Below, one piece after another: positions 1 through 5,752 of a DNA stretch of 5,922 nucleotides (the stretch's first letter is position 1; each line of letters starts with the position of its first letter). Made by a program: the position numbers and the translations under genes. Where the stretch lies: contig NW_021829779.1 in NCBI RefSeq assembly GCF_006345805.1, positions 1-5,922 of the forward strand, in the 5' to 3' direction. Source of the DNA: Octopus sinensis. Taxonomy: Eukaryota. The notes beneath the pieces were generated by a model. That model was not told where the DNA came from. It searched no databases and worked only from the letters and a program-made list of their open reading frames with translations.

Positions 1-159
1 TGACAAAAAGAGTGCTCACCGTGCCACAATTTATTATTGTTTTCTATTAATAATTGGGTAACTAAAAATTAAGATATTTTAATTAAACCACAATTCTACC
101 TTGTAGCTTATAAACAGTGTAAATACCAGCGGGGATATCTCAATGATGGCAAATTGTGA

Positions 160-236
160 AACAGACTTGCGAGCAGACTGTTTCTTGGAAATTTTGCTCC
201 AGTAGATATTCGCGCAGTTTGTTTAGTTCTAGCCAT
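160..236 (-). pseudogene. His3: Histone H3 N-terminal tail remnant
   Basis: The minus strand from ATG 236 reads [18 protein letters not shown](K)Q without gaps vs canonical [20 protein letters not shown]: 17/20 identical after restoring one A in the run at 181-182. It continues SARKSV (H3 AARKSA, 4 residues missing), then homology fades. Not in the ORF track. Confidence 0.85.
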
Positions 237-256
237 ATTTTTTTTATTTCAGACAA

Positions 257-290
257 AACCGATTCAGGCGAGTTATTTTTGTTTTATATA
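257..290 (-). promoter_or_regulatory. Possible core promoter of the H3 remnant (TATA box plus Inr-like site)
   Basis: Minus-strand TATATAAA at 290-283 and TCGGTT (1 mismatch to the arthropod Inr TCAGTY) at 262-257, about 30 nt apart. An A-rich leader runs to the ATG at 236. Short AT-rich motifs arise easily by chance. Confidence 0.3.
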
Positions 291-434
291 GTTAAACAAC
301 ATTATTCCGAATTTTTTCGAGTAATGTAAAAAAATATCATTCCGAAAATTTTTGGTTAAATCACTCATCGTTTTTAAAATTAAAAAATTAAATATTTTTA
401 AAATAATATTTTATCAGCACCATCAAATAATAGT

Positions 435-491
435 AACTATTGCTTAAATTGATGAATTTTTGCGAGATTACAGACTAAATTACTAGTGTAC
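435..491 (+). pseudogene. Small second histone H2B-like remnant
   Basis: Reads NYCLN**IFARLQTKLLVY. IFARLQTK resembles H2B IFERIAxE, and LVY matches the minus-strand H2B remnant ([14 protein letters not shown]). Shares an exact 19-mer with that remnant. Confidence 0.35.
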
Positions 492-516
492 TAATTAAAG
501 AAAAAACAGAGAACGA

Positions 517-702
517 TCAGATCGCGGTCAAAAGAATAGCTTGCGCGTTGCAGCGCATGATTGTAACAGAGATTCTCTGTCTTAGCCAAGAAAATTCGCT
601 TGCATCCATGTTTCTCCGAGCGATTAGGAGGCAGACGTGTTTTAGGAACTTGGATGTTTGCGGGACGAAGGCTGCACAGGTCTCGAATGCCAAAGGGACA
701 AT
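517..702 (-). mobile_element. CRE-clade non-LTR retrotransposon, C-terminal fragment
   Basis: Minus strand IVPLAFETCAAFVPQTSKFLKHVCLLIARRNMDASEFSWLRQRISVTIMRCNAQAILLTAI* matches the CRE end pattern (P.A.ET...FL...D..E..WL.QRIS..I.R.N). It aligns collinearly with the C-terminus of the 3256-4385 copy at 20/61 identical residues. Confidence 0.8.
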
Positions 703-773
703 TACTAGTTGGATTTGGATTGTTGAAATAGTTATTTAAAGAACAAATGAATAAAACAATTATTTTTAAAGTG

Positions 774-1006
774 TTATTTTGTATTCGTGTACTTAGTAAC
801 TGCCTTTGCACCTTCTGTAATAGCATGTTTTGCAAATTCACCGGGAAGAATCAGACGAACTGCAGTCGGTATTTCACGTAAGGTAATGCTAGCCTTCAAA
901 TTCTGATAGACTAAATTTGAAGCTCGGTTTTTATTTTGTCATAAACATCGAATGTGTGAAACTGTTTTTAAGAAATATTTAATTTTCTACAATTTAAGCA
1001 ATAGTT
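774..1006 (-). pseudogene. His2B: Divergent histone H2B remnant
   Basis: 923-777 reads [49 protein letters not shown], then TAA at 776-774. It is 32/49 identical, ungapped, to canonical [49 protein letters not shown]. Upstream, across a 1-nt frameshift, DVYDKIKTE matches DIFERIAAE and KQFH matches KQVH, with an internal deletion. The 950-1006 part is weaker. Confidence 0.9.
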
Positions 1007-1047
1007 ACAATTATCAATTAATATCGATTAAACGAAAAGAAGGCCAG

Positions 1048-1210
1048 CTTTAAATCTTAGCCTTTTAGCGGCTGATTTAGCCTCCAGAGAAACCGGTTAG
1101 ATGTGAAGCAGAGAAAGTATCCCAGCAGCTTGTATCCCATACGAGGCCTTTTCCCCTCTCAAATGGGAAAAGGGTCATCCTGTCAATTTCAAAAATTTCG
1201 GCTCACGACA
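1048..1210 (-). mobile_element. CRE-clade retrotransposon fragment, restriction-like endonuclease region
   Basis: Minus strand from 1178 reads MTLFPFERGKGLVWDTSCWDTFSASHL, 14/27 identical to LSTFPFEFGKSLIWDATFSDTFSELNL of the 3256-4385 copy. It is preceded by a frameshifted EPKFL and followed by a frameshifted EAKSAAKR. Confidence 0.75.
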
Positions 1211-1221
1211 GATGAATTGAA

Positions 1222-1413
1222 CGCAAGCTCAGAAGAGTTCAGTTGCCTTGGCATCAGTCTCGTCCTATCACCGTCCTTAATTCCTGTCACTTTCTCTGTT
1301 AATTACAATAAACTTAATTCAATTCTGGTTTCCGCGGGCGCGCGTGCACGGCGTTGTCGGGGCTGTGTTTTCTTGGATTTACATTGAACCTTGGATTTAC
1401 TTTTACTTTCCAA
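1222..1413 (-). pseudogene. Histone H2A-like remnant
   Basis: KDGDRTRLMPRQL (1278-1240) aligns ungapped with H2A RDNKKTRIIPRHL, and the following NSSEL resembles NDEEL. Upstream in the same frame are a Lys/Ser-rich tail and PRQRRA (H2A SRSNRA). There is an in-frame TAA at 1305-1303 and most of the central fold is missing. Confidence 0.55.
1372..1400. repeat. 11-bp direct repeat, 18-bp period
   Basis: CTTGGATTTAC at 1372-1382 and 1390-1400; on the minus strand it encodes the repeated KSK of the basic tail. Confidence 0.85.
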
Positions 1414-1575
1414 AATTTTCTTGGAACATTGTTTAGTAGAGGACATATTGTGACTATCCCAACCGTGCCCTAGCAAGGAGTCTTGGTTGTCCGGCAAAAG
1501 AAATGCTGCAAGAGCTTCATTAACAATAGTGAGGTAGTGTACCCTAACCTCATCACGCATACGCTCGAAAGGGAC
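1414..1575 (-). pseudogene. H3 histone-fold-like remnant
   Basis: VPFERMRDEV resembles H3 LPFQRLVREI; NEALAAFLLPDNQDSLL resembles QEASEAYLVGLFEDTNL; HG....MSSTKQCSKKI resembles HA....MPKDIQLARRI. The neighbouring frame gives VTI at the expected place. Identity is low and the L1 loop is deleted. Confidence 0.5.
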
Positions 1576-1699
1576 ATTGCAGGGTTTGTCCAAGTCAACC
1601 TCATGTGGTGCTAAGGGCGCCCAAAAAAATTTCGAGAATACGCATTGACCACCAATACTTCGGTTAACAATGAACTTATTAGAAGAGAGAACAATTAGG

Positions 1700-1858
1700 T
1701 TTGAATAAGTTTGTCTAGAGACTGAAATTCAGTAAAGTTATCAGTTTCGAAAACAAAGATTTTGATTATTCTTGACCATTTTTTCTTTCTTTTCCTTGAC
1801 CATGCAACTGGATTCTCAAAGCAACTGTACTGAGCCCTAAGTTTTTCCAAACAGCACT
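1700..1858 (-). pseudogene. Possible further H3-like remnant (TVALR region)
   Basis: Exact TVALR at 1828-1814. After a 24-nt insertion bounded by the repeat ATGGTCAAG, Q, L, KL and FK fall at H3 spacing. Contains stop codons and could be a chance match. Confidence 0.3.
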
Positions 1859-1882
1859 CATATAGTAGTTGTGAAATCATAT

Positions 1883-3024
1883 ATGAGAAATTTTCAAGAT
1901 TTTCTAAAAGATTCAATTGCAGAAGGAGAATACCAACAAATTGAAAAGACGCATAGTCTAAAGGACGGAGATGACTCCAGACCTCGAACGATACCTCTAG
2001 GAGAATTTCTTATACCGAAACAAGAAGATTGGGATAATCCCAACTACCAGAAAGTGTATATAAGTGGAGGGCCGATCCTTCTTAACATGAACGTTAAGAT
2101 GGAGGTCGGCACTTTCGCCCGGGAGTATAGACCTTTCTTAATAGAGCCCAAATATAAGTATAGAAAGAATGAGCGTGCAATAATCAATACACTGAATCGC
2201 ATGACCGATTTCAATCAAGAACTCGTGACCTCAAGTTTGGCCATCTTTCTCATGAACTACACTTTCGACGCTCCAGCTAGTTTCGGAGAGGTGGGAATTA
2301 CAGAAGAGTATCAGGATATTACAGGGTATTCCTTAGTGGGAAAAGGATTTATTGTAAAAACTGCAGCCATGGCTATGAATTTCGGGGAGTCTGGCGCAGA
2401 GGGTGGAAGGGCAACATTAGAAGAATGGAGGGTTGCCTTGATGAAATGAAAGTCCTATCTCCAGTTAGATTCGCTCATGCTGCTGAGAGTAGATCCCTTA
2501 TGGACAGATTCCACAGTGTGATGCGGAATCTTGACCCGACGTACCAGCCTGAACGGTCCTTGGTATTGAAAATGTATCAAAAATACCTGCCTGATCGAGG
2601 ACTGGACAAGCTTTGCTGTCTCCTCGATAAGATGTTGTATACGTGTCCGGAGGACCCCATGTCAGTTCTGAGATTTTGTACAATTCCGTTTTATAATGCA
2701 GGAAATGCGGTCCTGTCACGCGTAGTCTCCTTATGCGCTGCCTTTCCAAGAGAGTTAGAAAGAGCCGTAATGGTGGAATCTCTCTTCGCATCAGCTCATG
2801 TAAATGAAGTAAGTCGATTCATTGGGCATTGTTTCGAGGTTCTGAACCCAGATCCTTTATGTATATACCATAAGGGACTAGGCCTTGTTAAAGCGTCCGC
2901 CTTCAGTTCAATGTCATTACCAGGGTATTTTATGTATACAAGCGCTATAGCTGGTATGATAAAACACCCTAAATTTATGTTCTCCCGATCAATAACTCCA
3001 AACATTCCTGAAATATATATTTGA
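1883..3024 (+). pseudogene. N: Endogenous viral element: rhabdovirus-like (Mononegavirales) nucleoprotein, frameshifted and 3'-truncated
   Basis: Collinear matches to vesicular stomatitis virus (VSV) N recalled from memory: SFG...ITGYSLV (from 2279) vs SFG...IGIFDLV; SPVRF..LMD vs GLYRV..LMD; DKLCCLLDKMLYTCPEDPMSVLRFCTI vs TKIVAAVDMFFHMFKKHECASFRYGTI (ungapped); DPLCIYHKGLGLVKASAFSSMSLP (2851-2922) vs DSYMPYLIDFGLSSKSPYSSVKNP (ungapped, continuing to the Arg at 2986). Track ORFs 1871..2449 and 2425..3024 join into about 378 aa from ATG 1883 when one ATGAA is removed. No introns are evident, and GC is higher than in the flanks (28/60 at 2521-2580 vs 9/60 at 361-420). Confidence 0.9.
2441..2450 (+). 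repeat. 5-bp tandem duplication causing the N frameshift
   Basis: TTG ATGAA ATGAA A GTC. Deleting one unit gives TTG ATG AAA GTC (LMKV), joins both ORFs and removes the TGA at 2447-2449. Confidence 0.85.
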
Positions 3025-3186
3025 TCAATAATACTTATTATTTTTTCAAATAGGAAAACTTAGATAACCAAAACAATTTTGCAAACTGGATTAATTCAAA
3101 AAAGACTTTGATAAATTACCAAAATAATTAAGAGCTCTCAAAAATTTTCTACATTATGCACGTTTTCTAACATAAGTGAGAGAGAA

Positions 3187-3200
3187 CATACATACATACA
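3187..3200. repeat. (CATA)3 microsatellite
   Basis: CATACATACATACA read directly. Confidence 0.8.
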
Positions 3201-3255
3201 AAACTCTCAAAAGCACGATTGTTTCTTACAGGAACAGAGTTGAACCAAGGAAAAG

Positions 3256-4385
3256 GACTTTTGAAGCTCTCCGTGTTTTCACAAACAAAATCTCCTTTCC
3301 GATATTGAAAATATTCTGAAGTCCGAAGCAGAGTCGCTATGCAACGTACGTTTCGACCCTCTGGGTTGGATTCAATCCACCCTGCCTGTAAGCCGCGGTG
3401 GGATTGGACTCTGTTCTCCCGTGTCTATTGCTCTTCCTGCTTTCCTTTCGTCAGCGGCATCATCCCGTGTCCTCACTGACATTGTTCTCAGAAACCTACC
3501 CGAACGAAAAATGTCAGTTGATCACGTGGTCGCTTTGGACCTGTGGGATTCATTGAACAACAAGAGACCCAGTGACCCGCGTATCCAAGCTCAATGGGAC
3601 GCTATCTCATGTGAGGCTCTTGACGTACATCTACGCTAAAATTTCGATCGGCACAGACTTGCATGTCTCCGCGCAGGCTGCTGCACAGGGAGCGGGGCCT
3701 GGCTGGATGCTTTCCCTGTCCCTTCCACCGGTAACCTATTAGACAAGGATTGTCTACGAATTGGATTATCATTGTGCCTCGGATTGGAATCTGCGAAATA
3801 CATAAAATGTCGTTGTGGTGCTGTTATTGACAGTTTCGGTCTGCATCCCCTTTCCTGTCGTCGCAGTGCGGGCGCGCACCACGCCATGCAGCACTTAACG
3901 ACGTTCTTCATAGGGGGGTCACGGCCGCTCGCGACGTTCTCTTGAACCCGTTGGGCTTGCGAGGGGAGACGGAAAAAAGACCCGACGGTCTATCGACTTT
4001 CCCGTTTGAGTTCGGCAAGTCTCTGATATGGGATGCGACGTTTTCAGACACTTTCTCGGAGCTTAATCTTCCTTCTCTCAGGCTGGCTCAGTCTCTCGCA
4101 AAACCGAGAAGATGAAAATTGGAAAGTACAAGGAGCTCTCTGAACGATATCTGTTCTCTCCTATCGCCGTCGAGACTTCCGGCGTCATCGGCGAAAAGAT
4201 CTTTCCTTTTTGAAAAAGCTTGGCCGCATGATTTCCCATAAACGGGGAGACTCACGCGAGTCCAAGTGGCTTCTCGAAAGGATTTCCTTGGCTATAGTAC
4301 GTGGAAACTGTGTTTCCATTTACGAGGCGGGAATTTAGTTAGTTAATAACTATTTTATTCTTTAATTTACTTATTTACAAAAAAA
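3256..4385 (+). mobile_element. 5'-truncated, decayed CRE-clade non-LTR retrotransposon (post-RT region, CCHC finger, restriction-like endonuclease, 3' UTR, short A tail)
   Basis: In order: SSPCF, WIQSTLPVSRGGIGL, ALPAFLSS, SGAWLDAFP, C-x-C-x9-H-x3-C (3808-3858), RHAALND (3882), LEPVGL..GDGKRPDG (PD at 3981), WDAT (4029), KYKEL..YLFSPIAVETSG, WLLERISLAIVRGN. Stop at 4336-4338, T-rich UTR, A7 at 4379-4385. There is a premature TAA at 3637 and several frameshifts. Confidence 0.92.
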
Positions 4386-4471
4386 TTCTTGCCATTGAAT
4401 TCCATTTCCCCGCAACACCAAATTATTACGGACAAGAAAAGAGAGTATACTTCCGATAAAATCGTGTAGAA

Positions 4472-4502
4472 ATCATCAAGCTCATCCAGAGATCATCAAG
4501 CT
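4472..4502. repeat. 11-bp direct repeat, 20-bp period
   Basis: ATCATCAAGCT at 4472-4482 and 4492-4502. Confidence 0.85.
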
Positions 4503-4724
4503 TTTCTCCTTTATCGTTATCGTTATTTATTGAATTTCACATAATTTTGATAGAAAGTTCTATTCATTATATTCTTATAGCATAATTTTATTTATTTGTT
4601 CCTGGATTTTTTTAAAGTTTGAGTTGCTTTTTAATTTTTGAAAATCTTTTTTTCTTAAATTAATAGTAATTTCGATCCTTCAGTACTTGAACTTTAACTG
4701 CAGCAATTTCTAGGCATTCGTGCC

Positions 4725-4957
4725 CAAATTCGACGCAGTGATTCAAATTTTTCTAAACGGACATCACCTTTAACTGTGAATATGTTTGCCCATGTTTAGT
4801 TTCATAGTGACGTCGAATATTGTATTTTTTCATAACTGCAATTTTGTCATTGCACATGACACACACTGCATTTTTATGAATTCTATGAAAAAGTATTTAA
4901 GGTTCCATTCGTTGTTAAAACACGGCACTCAGTGTCAATTTTTTGTTTGTCTTTCAT
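4725..4957 (-). mobile_element. hAT transposase N-terminal fragment (SPIN/Charlie, GTF2IRD2-like)
   Basis: From ATG 4957, with three 1-nt deletions restored: MKDKQKIDTECRV(F)NNEWNLKYFFIEF.KNAVCVMCNDKIAVMKKYNIRRHYETKHGQTYSQL.GDVRLEKFESLRR. This is the typical KID.ECRVF..EW..KYFF / C..C...H....H BED-type zinc-finger start of this group. No catalytic domain or TIR was seen. Confidence 0.85.
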
Positions 4958-5184
4958 ATTGTGAGCAAACTAATTCAATACAAAATGACCAAACTAGCAT
5001 GAACAGTTACACCTGAATGTATCCTCTCCACTTCTGTTATGCTCTCGTCAATAAGTCTGACCAGGATTAAATCACATTCCTCTTGATTTGTGTTTATTTT
5101 GTTTCTTAATTCTGATTTTGGTCCAGGATCACAATTTTCCATTTGGAGTTCTAAATCCTTTGAAGTAACAAAATCATTGACTGT

Positions 5185-5610
5185 CGAGTTGTCTGGTCCT
5201 TGGCACAAAATATAATCAATTTGATTATATTTGTTTTTTTTCAGTTTGTTTGTTTTACAACCTACCCAGGTTGTATTATGCTGAAAAGCCATGTTACAAA
5301 TGGTTATTACAAATGTTGAAGTCGATTATAAGTTTCCAGAAGAATTTGATAACCCTTTTGTGATTAATCACCTGACAGCGTGAAAGTAAAAAAATAATCT
5401 TGTTGGCTAATTTTCGTTTCAGTCATCTCAATAATAGGTTTAAATCCGTTCCTCCACTGTTTTATTCATATAATTTTTAATATTTGCTTATCATCATAAA
5501 ATGTAGTCCTTCTATGTCCTAATATGCCCGATTGATTGAATAGTCGCAACATTCCGAAACTTTGAGAATATCTATTATTTGTGAATAATTGCATATGATT
5601 TCCGTTAATT
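5185..5610 (-). mobile_element. Decayed apurinic-like (APE) endonuclease of an RTE-type non-LTR retrotransposon
   Basis: Ordered motifs on the minus strand across frameshifts: IDILKVSE (5575-5552), GD(x)N (5372), N.SG..IIDF, ICNMAFQH.TTW and NQIDYILC. The 5190-5372 core is the best supported part. Confidence 0.65.
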
Positions 5611-5660
5611 TTCAACTAATATCGGGATTATTTACATGAGGCATTCTCAACTTTTTTTGT

Positions 5661-5752
5661 TTATCACCCCCTTTGAAATTTTATCGCCCCTTGTCCACAT
5701 ACAATTTAAAAATTTTGGGCATTGTCCCTTAATGGTTGTTTTGTCCCTTAAT
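5661..5752. repeat. Two pairs of short direct repeats
   Basis: TTATCACCCC (5661-5670) / TTATCGCCCC (5681-5690), and TTGTCCCTTAAT (5722-5733 and 5741-5752). Confidence 0.75.

Larger units (their letters stand above)
433..1008. repeat. Exact 19-bp inverted repeat (433-451 and 990-1008)
   Basis: GTAACTATTGCTTAAATTG at 433-451 is the reverse complement of CAATTTAAGCAATAGTTAC at 990-1008. It extends to 24/25 matches over 427-451. Confidence 0.9.

Noticed and set aside
3-50. Plus-strand TKRVLTVPQFI resembling the H3 C-terminus AKRVTIMPKDI
   Set aside because: Too short, needs gaps, and is cut by the window edge.
648-680. 24/33 nt plus-strand similarity to 3657-3689 (GCLRDEGCTG vs ACLRAGCCTG)
   Set aside because: This stretch is better explained by the 61-residue minus-strand CRE match; the similarity does not extend.
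491-841. Track ORFs 491..841 (-) and 548..739 (+)
   Set aside because: Wrong-frame or antisense readings across the H2B and CRE remnants, whose real homology lies in other frames.
1058-1075. AGCC-TTTTAGC-GGCT hairpin as a histone 3' stem-loop
   Set aside because: Does not fit the 6-bp stem/4-nt loop consensus, lies inside a CRE fragment, and is not downstream of a histone stop on that strand.
1103-1387. Plus-strand ORF 1103..1387
   Set aside because: Antisense to the CRE and H2A-like remnants; no motif.
1850-1859. AACAGCACTC upstream of N resembles the vesiculovirus gene-start AACAGNNATC
   Set aside because: One mismatch in a short motif, and it overlaps the possible minus-strand H3-like remnant; chance is likely. 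No matching gene-end TATG(A)7 follows N.
1802-1882. ATG at 1802 (ACCATG context) in frame with N as an earlier start
   Set aside because: Blocked by TAA at 1838-1840, and the peptide shows no N similarity. The track start at 1871 is GTG, so ATG 1883 was used.
2498-3005. Minus-strand ORFs 2498..2791 and 2796..3005
   Set aside because: Antisense shadows of the N coding region with no recognisable motifs.
3636-3911. Minus-strand ORF 3636..3911
   Set aside because: Antisense to the GC-richer CRE coding region.
4786-5016. Plus-strand ORF 4786..5016
   Set aside because: Antisense to the hAT fragment.
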